64,000 nt of DNA from Nitrospirota bacterium (GCA_963845065.1 CAWJQQ010000005.1:1-64000); one strand, 5' to 3'. Shown: positions 51,495 to 63,853, counted from the first letter of the stretch. Numbers and translations: made by a program. The notes: generated by a model not told the origin, from the letters alone.

Positions 51495-52247
51495 GTGGAG
51501 CTCAATAAGAAGAAGAGACTTAAAATAATCCTTATTACAGTGATCGTTATCGCTGCTGCGATCGCAGCAAAGTTGTTGTTCTTCCATGGCGAATTTCTCT
51601 ACGCCGGGACCCTTGAAGCGACTAAAGTCGATTTGTCTGCCCGCATAGCTTCTGCCATCAGCTCAGTGAACGTTCAAGAAGGCGACCACGTGACAGATAA
51701 CCAGGAATTGGTTGTTCTTGCCTGTGAAGACGTGAAGGTTGCATCGGAGTTGGCGAATGAGAACTACCATCGGACCGTTGGATTATATCGCGTTCAGACC
51801 GCATCTCGGGACACCATGGACCAAGTCAAGAATAAGAAGGATGATGCGGATGTTCGATTGGGTTGGTGCGCTGTCCATTCGCCGATTTCAGGCACGGTCT
51901 TGAGCCGTTATCACGAGCCGGGGGAATGGGTGGATCCCGGCACAAAGCTCTTGACCCTGGCGAATATCCGGGATATCTGGGCTTATATTTACGTTCCCCA
52001 ACCTGATGTTTCACGGCTTAAACCCGGTATGATTCTGAAAGGATATCTCCCGGAATTGAACAACCGCGAATTCGACGGGAAGATATTCAAAATCAACGAT
52101 GAGGCCGAGTTCACACCAAAGAATGTTCAGACCCGGGCCGAGCGCGAGCGCCTTGTGTTTGGCGTAAAGGTAAGTTTTCTCGGCGCGAACGAGCAGGAAA
52201 TTTTAAAACCTGGCATGACGATTGAAATAAAGTTGCCCCCGGACTAG
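51495..52247 (+). CDS. HlyD-family membrane fusion protein (YbhG-like, short hairpin)
   Basis: AEFTPKNVQT..ERERLVFGVK; LKPGM. Confidence 0.88.
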   Translation: MELNKKKRLKIILITVIVIAAAIAAKLLFFHGEFLYAGTLEATKVDLSARIASAISSVNVQEGDHVTDNQELVVLACEDVKVASELANENYHRTVGLYRVQTASRDTMDQVKNKKDDADVRLGWCAVHSPISGTVLSRYHEPGEWVDPGTKLLTLANIRDIWAYIYVPQPDVSRLKPGMILKGYLPELNNREFDGKIFKINDEAEFTPKNVQTRAERERLVFGVKVSFLGANEQEILKPGMTIEIKLPPD

Positions 52248-52442
52248 TCCGTTATGCATAATATTCTTGTTGCAGCAAAAACACGGAAAAGCTTGCCGTA
52301 TGGAGAGCCGGCAGAATTCGGTGAGACATACTTTACATTTTTAATACGTTGCGTCACCTGCTTATTTTCATATTTTGGCAACTGCAGGGTATGGCACTGA
52401 ATTAAAAATTATCGAAAACTTTTTAATTATTCTCGATGGACG

Positions 52443-53192
52443 ATGGAGAACGTCAACATGCCGATTTTACCCGTTTCAATATCCGTCCGGGCACTCCGAA
52501 AGGTCTTCGGCAAAAGTCTTGTCCTTGATGGTGTGAGCCTTGATTTCTCTTCCGGCCTTATGCACGGTGTGATTGGACCCGAGGGTTCGGGGAAAACTAC
52601 GCTTTTGCGCCTCATGCTCGGTTTGCTTAAGGCTACGGAAGGTACTGTTGCCTATTACCGCGGGGGTGAACACATCGATTTCGAAAGCATCCGCCCTAGT
52701 ATCGCATATATGCCGCAGACACAAAGTCTCTATCCTGACCTTTCCATCGGCGAACATTTAGATTTTTTCAAGGAACTCTATGGAATTCCAAATGATCTCT
52801 ATGAGCATAAACGTGAGGAGCTACTTCGCATCACACGACTAAACGAATTTATTAATCGGCCAGCAGGACAGCTTTCAGGAGGGATGTACAAGAAGCTTGG
52901 ACTCATGTGTGCGCTTTTGCGGTCGCCGCACGTCATGCTCCTTGACGAGCCCACGACCGGCGTCGATCCGATCAGCCGTCGGGAATTCTGGGAGCTCCTG
53001 TACCGCCTGCTAGACCAGGAAATCCTGATTCTCGTGACTACCGCCTATATGGATGAAGCGGAGCGGTGCGGACGCGTTCATCTTCTAGAGAGTGGCAAAT
53101 TAGTTGCGGCAGGGGAACCTCGGGAGCTCTTGGCAGCAGAGGGAATGTCAAGCTTTGATGAACTTTTCCTCCGGAGAAATAGCCATGAATGA
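52443..53192 (+). CDS. ABC ATP-binding protein (YbhF N-half-like)
   Basis: GPEGSGKTT; LSGGMYKKLGL; DEPTTGVDPISRREFW. Confidence 0.9.
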   Translation: MENVNMPILPVSISVRALRKVFGKSLVLDGVSLDFSSGLMHGVIGPEGSGKTTLLRLMLGLLKATEGTVAYYRGGEHIDFESIRPSIAYMPQTQSLYPDLSIGEHLDFFKELYGIPNDLYEHKREELLRITRLNEFINRPAGQLSGGMYKKLGLMCALLRSPHVMLLDEPTTGVDPISRREFWELLYRLLDQEILILVTTAYMDEAERCGRVHLLESGKLVAAGEPRELLAAEGMSSFDELFLRRNSHE

Positions 53193-54108
53193 CTTGGCCG
53201 TGGAGGTGAGCAACCTCTCGGTGCGGTTCGGCGATTTCGTTGCTGTAGACCGAATTTCATTCACTGTTCGCCGCGGCGAGATATTCGGGTTTTTGGGCGC
53301 AAACGGCGCAGGCAAGACGACCACGATCCGAGTGCTTTGCGGACTCCTGCTGCCTACCGAAGGGTCAGTGCGCGTAGGCGGAATCAGTTTCGACCACAAC
53401 GAGCAGGCGGTCAAGTCCAAGGTCGGGTACATGTCCCAAAAATTTACTCTCTACAATGATATGACGGTCGAGGAGAACCTGAACTTCATCTCAAGCCTCC
53501 GCAAATTGGACATAGCAACCTATAAACAACGGCGCAAAGAATTGTTCGACTTTATCTCCTTCGACAAGCCCCTTAGCACCATTGTCCGCGACTTATCCGG
53601 TGGGACGAAGCAGCAAGTATCGCTCGCTGCAGCGCTCCTGCATGACCCGGAGATCATCTTCCTCGACGAGCCTACGGCAGGTGTGACACCTGCTTCTCGA
53701 AGCCGCTTCTGGCAACTTATCCGCAAGCTCGCCGATAGGGATAAGACTGTCTTCGTAACTACCCATTATATGGATGAAGCGGAACAGTGCGACCGAATCG
53801 CTCTCATGCGGGAAGGCAAAATCATCGCGCTCGATTCACCGGAAGGCCTCAAAACCGCAACCTTTTCAACGCCCATGCTCGAGTTCAACCCCCGGGATGC
53901 GCTCAGCTTTGCCGAAGTTTCCGCCATGGCACGGCATACGGTGTTTCTGTTTTTCGAACCTTACGGCCTCCGGTTTCATGCCGCAATCAAGAGCGAAGGG
54001 GAATGGGAAACAGTGAGAAACGAATTCGAAAAAAAATTCTCGATCCGAAGAATCAAACCGTCGCTCGAAGATGTGTTCATTGAGACCGTAGAGAGAAAGG
54101 CCGTATGA
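53185..54108 (+). CDS. ABC ATP-binding protein (YbhF C-half-like)
   Basis: GANGAGKTT; GYMSQKFTLY; DEPTAGV; VTTHYMDEAE. Confidence 0.9.
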   Translation: MNDLAVEVSNLSVRFGDFVAVDRISFTVRRGEIFGFLGANGAGKTTTIRVLCGLLLPTEGSVRVGGISFDHNEQAVKSKVGYMSQKFTLYNDMTVEENLNFISSLRKLDIATYKQRRKELFDFISFDKPLSTIVRDLSGGTKQQVSLAAALLHDPEIIFLDEPTAGVTPASRSRFWQLIRKLADRDKTVFVTTHYMDEAEQCDRIALMREGKIIALDSPEGLKTATFSTPMLEFNPRDALSFAEVSAMARHTVFLFFEPYGLRFHAAIKSEGEWETVRNEFEKKFSIRRIKPSLEDVFIETVERKAV

Positions 54109-55223
54109 AAAACTTTGTCTGGCGACGGGCCTTTGCGGTGGCAAAGAAAGAAGTCTATCACATCCTCCGGGACCCTACGACCCTCGGGGCAGCTCTAGTC
54201 CTGCCGGTTTTCATGGTAATCATGTTCGGCGTGGCCATTGAGTTCAATGTAAAAAACGTCGCTCTTGCAGTGAATGATTCGGACCAGACGCAAAGTTCCC
54301 GACGACTTCTGGATACCTTTCAAAGTTCTGATTACTTCCTGATACATCGTGTAAGTTCGCCCCATGATGCCATTATCGATGTGTCTGCAGAGCGCGCGCG
54401 TGCGGCCCTTATCATTCCTCCACGCTTTGAAAAGGACCTCTTCAGCGGCAGGGGGGCTGAAGCGCAAATCCTGGTCGACGGCTCCGACAACTCCACGGTC
54501 GGTCCTGTACTCGGCTATGTAGGAAGCATTCAAGACATCGCATCACGCAGAATCGGTAACTTTGACCCAACTTCTCCGTACGAAATCCGGACGAGGTTTT
54601 TATTCAATCCCGAGCTAAATAGCCGCTGGTTCGTGATCCCCGGGCTTACCGTCGTGGTGATGTCAATCCTCTCTATCCTGCTGACCGCGCTCACTGTTGC
54701 CCGGGAATGGGAAAACGGTTCCATGGAACTGCTTCTGTCCACGCCCGTGCAGCCTCTCGAAATCATCGTCGGGAAGCTTGCTCCCTACGGCATCCTCGGG
54801 ATTATCGCTGTGGTCTTCGTGTATGTCATTGCAAGGACCGTATTCGGCGTCCCCTTTGTAGGAAACCTCTGGGTCTTCGGCTTCGGCTGCCTGCTCTTCA
54901 TCGTAACTTATCTTGCACAAGGGCTGCTCATCTCCGTGGTCACACGCAAACAGACAATTGCTATGCAGTTGTCCATGATGTCCGGCATGCTACCGTCCAA
55001 CCTGCTCTCCGGTTTTATTTTCCCGATCGAGAGCATGCCGGTGTTTTTTCAATATTTTACGATGGTTCTTCCGGCACGATGGTTCATGCAGATCGCACGA
55101 GATACATTTTTAAAGGGATCGAGCTTTATCGAACTTGGCAGACCGTTTCTGGCGCTCATTATTATCTGCGCACTCATGATCTTTTTAGCCGCGCGACGGT
55201 TCAAGAGGGACCTTGAGCCATGA
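54105..55223 (+). CDS. ABC-2 permease (YbhS-like)
   Basis: FNPELNSRWFVIPG; AREWENGSMELLLSTP. Confidence 0.9.
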   Translation: MKNFVWRRAFAVAKKEVYHILRDPTTLGAALVLPVFMVIMFGVAIEFNVKNVALAVNDSDQTQSSRRLLDTFQSSDYFLIHRVSSPHDAIIDVSAERARAALIIPPRFEKDLFSGRGAEAQILVDGSDNSTVGPVLGYVGSIQDIASRRIGNFDPTSPYEIRTRFLFNPELNSRWFVIPGLTVVVMSILSILLTALTVAREWENGSMELLLSTPVQPLEIIVGKLAPYGILGIIAVVFVYVIARTVFGVPFVGNLWVFGFGCLLFIVTYLAQGLLISVVTRKQTIAMQLSMMSGMLPSNLLSGFIFPIESMPVFFQYFTMVLPARWFMQIARDTFLKGSSFIELGRPFLALIIICALMIFLAARRFKRDLEP

Positions 55224-56320
55224 ACCGAACGCTTATCGGATTCATAAAAAAGGAACTGATCCAGACCCTCCGTGACCCCAGGATGCGGGTGATGCTCTTC
55301 GTCATGCCGGTGATCCAGCTTACGCTCTTCGGCGTCGCCATTTCGAACGAAGTCAAGAACATCAGGCTTGCCGCAGTGTTTGATTCCAAAGATACCGTTT
55401 TGCGCGATGTCTACGAACGGAGCATTGCGGGGAAGTGGTTCATTCCTGCTACAAGTAAAGAACGAGACCCCTTCACCATGATCGAAGCGAATGATGCCGA
55501 TGCTGTGCTCATTCCGCCTCCCGGTGGATTCACTCGCGAACTTGGCCGCGGCGACGCGAAGCTGCAGCTGCTTGTGAACGCAATAAATGTAGTCCAGGCG
55601 CAATCCATAGAAGCGTATCTGCAGAACATCGTTCAGCAGACGGTCACGGATGATATTAAGCTCACTCCGCTTACGTCCCCGATCCAAGTGAGCACGCGCG
55701 TGCTTTTCAACCCTGAGCTTGAAACATCGGTATACCTGGTTCCTGGCGTGATGTGCATGATCATGATCATCTCAACGATGGTGTTGTCCAATATAGCCAT
55801 TGTTCGGGAAAAAGAGATGGGAACGTTCGAGATGCTGATCTCGGCGCCCGTATCACGGTCCGAAGTCATTTACGGCAAAACGATTCCTTACGTGCTCCTG
55901 GGAATGTCTAGTGTGCCGCTGATTCTGGGTGTGGCCGTGTTCGCCTTCCAAGTTCCTATGCGCGGTTCTTTGTTTGCATTATTCATAGCAGCCTTCGCTT
56001 TTGTCTGCACTGCCGTTGCCTTGGGGACCCTGATTTCCACATACTGCAGGAACCAGCAGCAGGCGACCCTTGCCGGGTTCCTGTTCATTTTCCCTATGAT
56101 CATGTTCTCTGGAATGATGTTCCCTATCGAAAATATGCCAGCTGCCCTCCGGTGGCTTTCCTACTTCGACCCACTCGCACACTACATGGGCCTTCTTCGC
56201 AATATCATGCTCAAAGGCGGAGAAACGGACTATGTCGTCACCCATATCTTGTATCTTGCCATCATAGCAGTGGTAAGCGTCGTTGCTAGCTTCCGGCGGT
56301 TCCACACGACGTTGGAGTAG
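55220..56320 (+). CDS. ABC-2 permease (YbhR-like)
   Basis: KELIQTLRD; REKEMGTFE; FSGMMFPIENMP. Confidence 0.9.
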   Translation: MNRTLIGFIKKELIQTLRDPRMRVMLFVMPVIQLTLFGVAISNEVKNIRLAAVFDSKDTVLRDVYERSIAGKWFIPATSKERDPFTMIEANDADAVLIPPPGGFTRELGRGDAKLQLLVNAINVVQAQSIEAYLQNIVQQTVTDDIKLTPLTSPIQVSTRVLFNPELETSVYLVPGVMCMIMIISTMVLSNIAIVREKEMGTFEMLISAPVSRSEVIYGKTIPYVLLGMSSVPLILGVAVFAFQVPMRGSLFALFIAAFAFVCTAVALGTLISTYCRNQQQATLAGFLFIFPMIMFSGMMFPIENMPAALRWLSYFDPLAHYMGLLRNIMLKGGETDYVVTHILYLAIIAVVSVVASFRRFHTTLE

Positions 56321-56428
56321 AGAATATCGATGAATTCACGAATAAACATGGTGTAAACCAAAATGCAGAACTTGGGTTCAACTGTTTGAACTATCCTTCT
56401 TTCCCATGGCTAAAAGCTCTTACTTGGC

Positions 56429-59400
56429 TTACTCACGAATACCCCGGCTGCGCAATCTGCGAATACCTTCAAACCAAATCCTGAACCGGTCAAGGTAAAG
56501 ATACATCACCGGCGTCGTGTAGAGCGTAAGCATCTGGCTAAAGATCAGTCCGCCGACAATAGCGATTCCGAGGGGCCTGCGTAGCTCAGACCCCACGCCA
56601 TGGCCCACTGCAAGCGGCAAAGCGCCCAAAAGCGCTGCCATGGTCGTCATCATGATAGGCCGGAACCGCAAGAGACAGGCCTGATAAATCGCCTCTTCCG
56701 GACTCTTCCCTTCCTTGCGCTCCACCTCGAGCGCGAAATCTACCATTAGGATACCGTTCTTTTTCACAATACCGATCAAAAGGAGTATACCGATGATGGC
56801 GATCACGCTGAGATCGATGCGGAAGAGCATCATGGCTAGGACCGCACCCACACCTGCGGATGGCAGTGTCGAAAGGATTGTTATCGGGTGGATATAGCTT
56901 TCGTACAATATGCCGAGCACGATGTAGACCGTCATGAGCGCGGCCAGGATCAATAATGGCTGATTGGTCAAAGAGTCTTTAAATGCCTGGGCAGTGCCGG
57001 AAAATGTTCTCTTGATGCTCGACGGCATACCCATGTGCCGCGTGGCGTCTTCGACCGCCTTCACCGCGTCCCCAAGCGGCACGCCGGCTACGAGGTTGAA
57101 TGACGCCGTGATTGAGGGAAATTGCCCCTGGTGGTTCACTGCAAGCGATGTTGCGGTCTGTTCATAATGAGTAAAGGCGCTTAAGGGAACAAGCGGACCC
57201 TTGGATGAAGGAACGTAGATATATCTGAGCGTATCAGGCCGCTGCCAGAACAGTGGTTCGACCTCCATAACTACGTGATACTGGTTCAAAAGCGTATAAT
57301 TGATCGAAACCTGACGTTGACCGAAGGCGTCGTATAACGTATCGTCGATGAGCTTCGTGGTAATGCCCAGCCGCGAGGCGGTCGCACGGTCGATCATGAG
57401 CGTAGCCTGCAGTCCTTTGTTCTGCTGGTCGCTGCTCACGTCGACCAGTTGGGGTATTGTTCTCATCTTTTGCAGTACGCGTTGACCCCATTCGTTCAAC
57501 GCCGCAAGGTCTCCTCCCTGAATCGTATACTGATAGAACGCATTGCTAATCTTCCCACCGATGCGAAGATCCTGCACCGGCTGGAGATAGGTGGGCGCCC
57601 CGGGCACTGCAGCCAGTTTTTTGCGCAAGCGTCCAATGATTTGTTCAGCGCTGGCATTTCTCTTCTCAAAGGACTTGAGTGAAATGAACATCCTCGCCGT
57701 GTTTGTCGTGGACCCACCGCCTCCTCCCGTGAAGCCGATCACATAGTCAACGTCGGGGTCCGTCTTGACCACGTCAACAATGTCCAAGAGTTTCCCTTCC
57801 ATTGCCTGGAACGACATGTCCTGCGCCGCCTGAATACTTCCGGCGATCCTCCCCGTGTCCTGCTCTGGGAAGAACCCTTTAGGCACAATGATAAACAAGT
57901 ACACGTTTGTGGCGAGCGTCATGACCATGATGACAAGCATGAACCGAGCGTGGCTGAGAGCCCAGCGAAGACTCCTTTCGTAGTGACCGTGCATCCAATT
58001 GAACGTCCATTCGCTGGTCCGAAACAAGACGCCGTGAGCGCCCTTCTTTTCTGGTCTCAGAATGGTGGCGCACAACATGGGCGTCGTGGTGAGTGATATG
58101 AGGAGTGAGACCAAGATCGCCGCCGAAAGCGTCACCGCAAATTCTCGAAAGAGCCTACCAACCATGCCGCCCATGAGGAGAACAGGGATGAAGACGGCAA
58201 TGAGCGAGGTGCTCATGGACAGTACCGTGAAGGCAATCTCTTTGGTCCCGGACAGCGCGGCCTGGAGGGAAGATTCCCCCTTCTCTCGATAGCGGGTAAC
58301 GTTTTCGAGAACGACAATTGCGTCGTCGACCACAAATCCTGTTGAGATCGTGAGCGCCATAAGAGAGAGGTTGTCGAGCGAGTAGCCGCACAGATACATC
58401 ACGCCAAAGGTGCCGATGATCGAGACGGTGACCGCTACTGCGGGAATGATCGTGGCGCGCACGTTCCGCAGGAACCAGAACACCACGAGGATCACCAGCA
58501 CGCCCGACACCACGAGCGTCCACTCGACGTCCCGTAGCGACCCGCGGATAGAGGGACTTCGATCGAGCACGACCGATAAGCTGATGGCGCCAGGCAAGGC
58601 AGCTTGCAGCTGCGGAAGCTGCTCTCGCACTCTGTCCACGGTCTCGATAATGTTCGCGCCGGGCGAGCGGAACACAACGAGCATCACGCAGGGCTTGCCA
58701 TTCACGAACCCGGCAGCCCGAAGGTCCTCCACCGAATCCTTCACATCAGCTACATTTCCAAGCCGTACCGCAGACCCTGACTTATACGCAACAACCAAAG
58801 GCAAATACTGTTCCGCTTTGCTCATCTGGTCGTTCGTTTGGATCTCCCGCGTTTCATCGCCAAACGCCAATTGCCCCTTAGGCGTGTTGACATTCGTACT
58901 TGAAAGCACGTTTCGTACGCTTTCTAGGCTGATGCCATATTTCGAGAGCGCCATTGGGCTTAAATCAATGCGTACTGCTGGAAGGGAGCTCCCTCCTACG
59001 AACACCTGCCCCACACCTTCCACCTGGGAGAGCTTCTGCGATAGGATTGAAGAGGCCCAATCGTACATCTGCGCCTTGCTGTTCGTATCAGAGGTGAGCG
59101 CCACGATGAGAATGGGTGCGTCCGAAGGATTGACTTTACGATACGTCGGGTCGGCTGGAAGGTTCGCGGGTAGGTACCCCCGCGCAGCATTAATCGCGGC
59201 TTGCACGTCGCGCGCCGCGCCGTTAATGTCGCGGTTCAGGTCGAATTGCAGCGTTATGCTGGTTGAGCCGTTGTTGCTTGTAGACGTCATTTCCGCCACA
59301 CCTGCAATGCGGCCGAACTGGCGTTCCAGGGGCGCCGCAACTGAGGTGGACATGGTCTCGGGGTCTGCCCCGGGAAGCGCCGCCTGCACTGAAATCGTCG

Positions 59401-59527
59401 GGAAATCCACCTGCGGCAACGGTGAGACGGGAAGCAAACGAAAGGCAATCACGCCGGAAAGTAAAAGTCCTGCTGTCAGGAGTGTCGTTGCGACAGGTCT
59501 CTTGATGAATGTTGCTGAAATGTTCAT
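56429..59527 (-). CDS. mdtC: RND efflux transporter MdtC
   Basis: [53 protein letters not shown]. Confidence 0.92.
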   Translation of the reverse strand: MNISATFIKRPVATTLLTAGLLLSGVIAFRLLPVSPLPQVDFPTISVQAALPGADPETMSTSVAAPLERQFGRIAGVAEMTSTSNNGSTSITLQFDLNRDINGAARDVQAAINAARGYLPANLPADPTYRKVNPSDAPILIVALTSDTNSKAQMYDWASSILSQKLSQVEGVGQVFVGGSSLPAVRIDLSPMALSKYGISLESVRNVLSSTNVNTPKGQLAFGDETREIQTNDQMSKAEQYLPLVVAYKSGSAVRLGNVADVKDSVEDLRAAGFVNGKPCVMLVVFRSPGANIIETVDRVREQLPQLQAALPGAISLSVVLDRSPSIRGSLRDVEWTLVVSGVLVILVVFWFLRNVRATIIPAVAVTVSIIGTFGVMYLCGYSLDNLSLMALTISTGFVVDDAIVVLENVTRYREKGESSLQAALSGTKEIAFTVLSMSTSLIAVFIPVLLMGGMVGRLFREFAVTLSAAILVSLLISLTTTPMLCATILRPEKKGAHGVLFRTSEWTFNWMHGHYERSLRWALSHARFMLVIMVMTLATNVYLFIIVPKGFFPEQDTGRIAGSIQAAQDMSFQAMEGKLLDIVDVVKTDPDVDYVIGFTGGGGGSTTNTARMFISLKSFEKRNASAEQIIGRLRKKLAAVPGAPTYLQPVQDLRIGGKISNAFYQYTIQGGDLAALNEWGQRVLQKMRTIPQLVDVSSDQQNKGLQATLMIDRATASRLGITTKLIDDTLYDAFGQRQVSINYTLLNQYHVVMEVEPLFWQRPDTLRYIYVPSSKGPLVPLSAFTHYEQTATSLAVNHQGQFPSITASFNLVAGVPLGDAVKAVEDATRHMGMPSSIKRTFSGTAQAFKDSLTNQPLLILAALMTVYIVLGILYESYIHPITILSTLPSAGVGAVLAMMLFRIDLSVIAIIGILLLIGIVKKNGILMVDFALEVERKEGKSPEEAIYQACLLRFRPIMMTTMAALLGALPLAVGHGVGSELRRPLGIAIVGGLIFSQMLTLYTTPVMYLYLDRFRIWFEGIRRLRSRGIRE

Positions 59528-59537
59528 GCTGATTCCG

Positions 59538-62500
59538 CTAGCTTCTGGAACGACTTTCTTTAACCCTTTGTGCAAGCCGGTCGAACCAGAGATAAATGAC
59601 TGGCGTCGTATAGAGGGTGAGGATCTGGCTGATCACGAGTCCGCCGACTATCGAGATTCCGAGGGGACGGCGAAGTTCTGACCCCACCCCGCGACCGAGT
59701 GCCAGGGGCAAAGCTCCCAAAATCGCTGCCATGGTCGTCATCATGATCGGCCGGAACCGTAGGAGGCAGGCCTGGTAGATCGCCTCTTCAGGACTCTTAC
59801 CTTCGTTACGCTCAGCATCAAGCGCAAAGTCGACCATCATGATGCCGTTTTTCTTCACGATACCGATCAATAGGATGATGCCGATAATGGCGATCACAGA
59901 GAGCTCGCTGCGGAAGAGCATCAATGAAAGCACTGCGCCAACCCCTGCTGAGGGAAGCGTGGAGAGAATCGTGACCGGGTGGATGTAGCTTTCATACAAA
60001 ACGCCGAGCACGATGTAAACCGTTATGAGCGCGGCCAGAATCAATAGCGGCTCATTGGAGAGCGAGGCCTTGAAGGCCTGGGCCGTTCCCTGGAAACTCC
60101 CCTTGATGCTGGCCGGCAGATTCAGCTGGTGTGCCGCATCCTCGACCGCATCGACCGCCTGTCCAAGTGACGCGTTCGGCGCTAGGTTGAATGACGCTGT
60201 CACTGCGGGGAACTGACCCTGTCGGTTTATAACCAGCGGTCCTGTTGTTTCCGATGCATGAGTAATTGCAGCGAGCGGAACTTGTCCGCCGCTTATACTG
60301 CTAAGATAGATCGATTGCAGACCGCTTGGGTCCTGCTGGAAGTTGGGTTTAACTGTTAGCACTACGTGATACTGGTTCAACTCAGTGTAGATCGTGGACA
60401 CTTGACGCTGGCCATAGGCATCGTAGAGTGTGTTATCAACGTTCTGCGGCGTGATGCCGAGCCGCGCGGCAGTGCCCCGGTCAATCGAAAGCGTGACCCT
60501 TGGCCCTGCGTCCTGCCGATCACTACTCACATCCCGGAGTTCCGGTCGGGCACGAAGAGCGCCAATCACCTTCGGCGCCAGCGTGTTTAACTCATCGGTA
60601 TTGGGATCATCGAGCGTATATTGAAACTGGGTGCGGCTGACTCGGGCATCCACCGTGAGGTCCTGCACGGGTTGCATGTAGAGCGTGATGCCCTCGACCT
60701 TAGCTAGCTCCGGCTGGAGGCGCCTGATAACCTCGATCGCGCTCGCGTCCCGCTCATCTAATGGTTTAAGATTGATCTGGATCCGGCCACTGTTTAAAGT
60801 TGTGTTGGTCCCGTCTACGCCGATGAAGGAAGACAGACTTTCGACTGCCGGATCCTTAAGGATCACCCGGGCTAGGGCCTGCTGTCGTTCGGCCATGGCG
60901 GGAAAAGAGATAGACTGTGGTGCTTCAGACGTACCCTGGATCACGCCTGCGTCCTGGATCGGGAAAAAGCCCTTCGGAACAACAATATAGAGCAATACTG
61001 TAAGGACGAGCGTACCCAGAGCCACCACGAGCGTCGCTGTCTGGTGCTGCAGTACCCACTGCAAAGTCTTCCCGTAGGATGCAATAACTCTATCGAAGTA
61101 AAGCTGGGACACATGGTAGAACTTTCCCTGTTTGTCCTGGGGAACGTGCTTGAGGATCCGCGCGCACATCATCGGCGTGAGTGTAAGCGATACGATTGCC
61201 GAAATGAGGATCGTGACACCGAGGGTGATTGCAAACTCTCGGAAAAGGCGGCCGACCACGTCCCCCATGAAGAGCAACGGGATCAAGACGGCGATCAGCG
61301 AAACCGTTAGCGAGAGGATCGTGAAACCGATCTGCTTTGCCCCCTTGAGTGCTGCCTGCATCGGTGCTTCCCCTTCTTCAACGTAGCGGGCGATATTTTC
61401 GATCATGACAATAGCATCATCAACGACAAAACCCGTCGAGATCGTCAAGGCCATAAGCGAAAGGTTGTTCAGGCTGAAGCCCATCAGGTACATCACCCCG
61501 AAGGTCCCAACGAGGGAGACCGGTACGGCAACGCTCGGGATGGTCGTTGCCGGCAAATTACGTAGAAACAGGTAAATGACAAGAATAACGAGCGCGACGG
61601 CCAGGAGCAGCTCGTACTCCACGTCCCTGACCGATGCGCGAATGGTCGTGGTGCGGTCGGTCAAAACCGTGACTTTAATGGACGAGGGCAAAGCGTTCTG
61701 GAGCTGTGGCAGAAGCTTCTTGATCCGGTCGACGACCTCGATGACGTTTGCGCCGGGCTGGCGCTGGATGTTCACGATCACGGCAGGAGACGTATTGAAC
61801 CATGCAGCCTGGTCCACATTCTCAGCACCGTCGATCACGTCAGCAACATCGGACAAATGTACGGGTGCATTGTTGCGATAGGCTATGATGAGTGGCTGGT
61901 AATCCGTGGCCGTATAGAGCTGGTCATTCGCGCCGATGATGTAGGCCTGACGCGGGCCGTCGAAACCACCCTTAGCCTCGTTGACATTGGCAACACTAAT
62001 TGCAGTACGAACATCTTCAAGCGCCAAGCCATAGGCTGCCAAAGCCGCAGGATTAGCTTGAACACGGACAGCCGGACGCTGGCCGCCGGAGAGGCTCACG
62101 AGACCGACCCCGGGCAGTTGGGAAATTTTCTGGGCGAACCGCGTATCCGCCATATCTTCAACCTGCGGCAACGTTAGCGTGTTCGAGGTGAGTGCCAAGG
62201 TCAGTATAGGCGCATCCGCGGGATTAACCTTGTTGTAGACCGGCGGGGTCGGAAGGTCTGTTGGCAGGTACGTAAAGGCGGCATTGATGGCCGCCTGCAC
62301 CTCCTGCTCGGCAACGTCCAAGCTCAAATCCAGACTGAATTGCAGTGTGATGACTGAACTGCCGCCGGAGCTCGACGATGTCATCTGGGTCAAGCCCGGC
62401 ATCTGGCCGAACTGACGCTCAAGCGGCGCCGTGACCGAAGTGGCCATAACATCAGGGCTTGCGCCGGGATAGAACGTTCTGATCTGGATAATCGGGTAAT

Positions 62501-62621
62501 CCACCTGCGGTAGCGCAGAAACTGGAAGCTGCTTATACGCAACCGCTCCTGCAAGAAGAATGGCGATCATCAGGAGCGTGGTTGCTACTGGCCGCTCGAT
62601 GAAGATGCGGGAAAGGTTCAT
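59538..62621 (-). CDS. mdtB: RND efflux transporter MdtB
   Basis: [43 protein letters not shown]. Confidence 0.92.
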   Translation of the reverse strand: MNLSRIFIERPVATTLLMIAILLAGAVAYKQLPVSALPQVDYPIIQIRTFYPGASPDVMATSVTAPLERQFGQMPGLTQMTSSSSGGSSVITLQFSLDLSLDVAEQEVQAAINAAFTYLPTDLPTPPVYNKVNPADAPILTLALTSNTLTLPQVEDMADTRFAQKISQLPGVGLVSLSGGQRPAVRVQANPAALAAYGLALEDVRTAISVANVNEAKGGFDGPRQAYIIGANDQLYTATDYQPLIIAYRNNAPVHLSDVADVIDGAENVDQAAWFNTSPAVIVNIQRQPGANVIEVVDRIKKLLPQLQNALPSSIKVTVLTDRTTTIRASVRDVEYELLLAVALVILVIYLFLRNLPATTIPSVAVPVSLVGTFGVMYLMGFSLNNLSLMALTISTGFVVDDAIVMIENIARYVEEGEAPMQAALKGAKQIGFTILSLTVSLIAVLIPLLFMGDVVGRLFREFAITLGVTILISAIVSLTLTPMMCARILKHVPQDKQGKFYHVSQLYFDRVIASYGKTLQWVLQHQTATLVVALGTLVLTVLLYIVVPKGFFPIQDAGVIQGTSEAPQSISFPAMAERQQALARVILKDPAVESLSSFIGVDGTNTTLNSGRIQINLKPLDERDASAIEVIRRLQPELAKVEGITLYMQPVQDLTVDARVSRTQFQYTLDDPNTDELNTLAPKVIGALRARPELRDVSSDRQDAGPRVTLSIDRGTAARLGITPQNVDNTLYDAYGQRQVSTIYTELNQYHVVLTVKPNFQQDPSGLQSIYLSSISGGQVPLAAITHASETTGPLVINRQGQFPAVTASFNLAPNASLGQAVDAVEDAAHQLNLPASIKGSFQGTAQAFKASLSNEPLLILAALITVYIVLGVLYESYIHPVTILSTLPSAGVGAVLSLMLFRSELSVIAIIGIILLIGIVKKNGIMMVDFALDAERNEGKSPEEAIYQACLLRFRPIMMTTMAAILGALPLALGRGVGSELRRPLGISIVGGLVISQILTLYTTPVIYLWFDRLAQRVKESRSRS

Positions 62622-63853
62622 TTACTCTGCCTTTGTGGAACGGGCTCTCCGCTGTTCGGGGCACTCACCTCGACCTTGCTGCCGTCACGCAATCTGTCGG
62701 CTCCGTCCACAACGACAAGTTCGCCAGCCGATAGACCTGATGTAATTGAGGCGGTTCCTTCCTGAACAATGCCCAGGGTGATTGGACGCAATACTGCCGT
62801 CTGGTCTGCTTTCACCACGTAAACGAACGCGCCTTGTGGTCCCCGTTGAATGGCCTCCGGCGGCACTAGGACGGCATCGTGTTTGACTTCGATGATGAGA
62901 CGGGCATTGACGAACTGGTTTGGAAAGAGCTCATTATTTTTGTTAGGGAACAAGGCTTTGAGTTTGACTGTGCCCGTATTCGGGTCAATCTGGTTGTTTA
63001 CCGTTAAAAGGGTACCTGTGGCAAGTTTCTGCTTCTGCTCCCTGTCGAAAGCTTCGACAGTCAATCGTGCACCGCTCCTGAGTTTACCCATAATCTGCGA
63101 GAGATTATCTTCGGGTAGAGAAAATATCACCGAGATCGGCTGTAACTGAGTAATCACCGCCACCCCGCTGGATTCGGCATTGGCCGCAAGCACTATGTTG
63201 CCCGGGTCCATCAGACGCAAGCCAATGCGTCCGCTGATAGGAGAGGTTATGTGTGCGTAGACCAATTGCAGCTTGGCGGTGTCAATTAGTCCCTGATCGT
63301 TCTTGACCGATCCTTCATACTGGTGAACCAGCGCAGCCTGAGTATCGAGCTGCTGTGTGGCAATTAAATCCTTTTTAACTAGATCCTGGTACCGCTTTAG
63401 ATCAAGTTTGGCATTTTCTAGGAGCGCCTGATCGCGGGCCAATGCACCCTCTGCCTGGGTCAGCTGCGCTTCATACGGCCGCGGGTCGATTTCGGCCAAC
63501 AGATCGCCTTTTTTTACCATCTGGCCTTCCCGGTAGAGAACGTTCGTCAGCATTCCGTCGACGCGACTATTCACGGTGATGGTAGTGAGCGATGTAACTG
63601 CGCCGAGTCCTGATAAATAAACACCGAAATCACCCTTCTTCACTGCAGCAGCCACGACCGGGATACTCGGTGCAGTCGCATGCCCCCCCTGGGCGGCACG
63701 CGTTACGTTTTGACCGCCTTTTGCAAAGAAAATGACCACCCCTACAACAATGAGGCAGACTATGATCGCCCCTATCCACCATCGGTTTTGCAACGATCTG
63801 AAAAGTTTCCTCTCCTGTGTACTAGTGGGCCTTATTTCTTTCAATGAAGTCAT
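62618..63853 (-). CDS. mdtA: RND membrane fusion protein MdtA
   Basis: [46 protein letters not shown]. Confidence 0.9.
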   Translation of the reverse strand: MTSLKEIRPTSTQERKLFRSLQNRWWIGAIIVCLIVVGVVIFFAKGGQNVTRAAQGGHATAPSIPVVAAAVKKGDFGVYLSGLGAVTSLTTITVNSRVDGMLTNVLYREGQMVKKGDLLAEIDPRPYEAQLTQAEGALARDQALLENAKLDLKRYQDLVKKDLIATQQLDTQAALVHQYEGSVKNDQGLIDTAKLQLVYAHITSPISGRIGLRLMDPGNIVLAANAESSGVAVITQLQPISVIFSLPEDNLSQIMGKLRSGARLTVEAFDREQKQKLATGTLLTVNNQIDPNTGTVKLKALFPNKNNELFPNQFVNARLIIEVKHDAVLVPPEAIQRGPQGAFVYVVKADQTAVLRPITLGIVQEGTASITSGLSAGELVVVDGADRLRDGSKVEVSAPNSGEPVPQRQSK

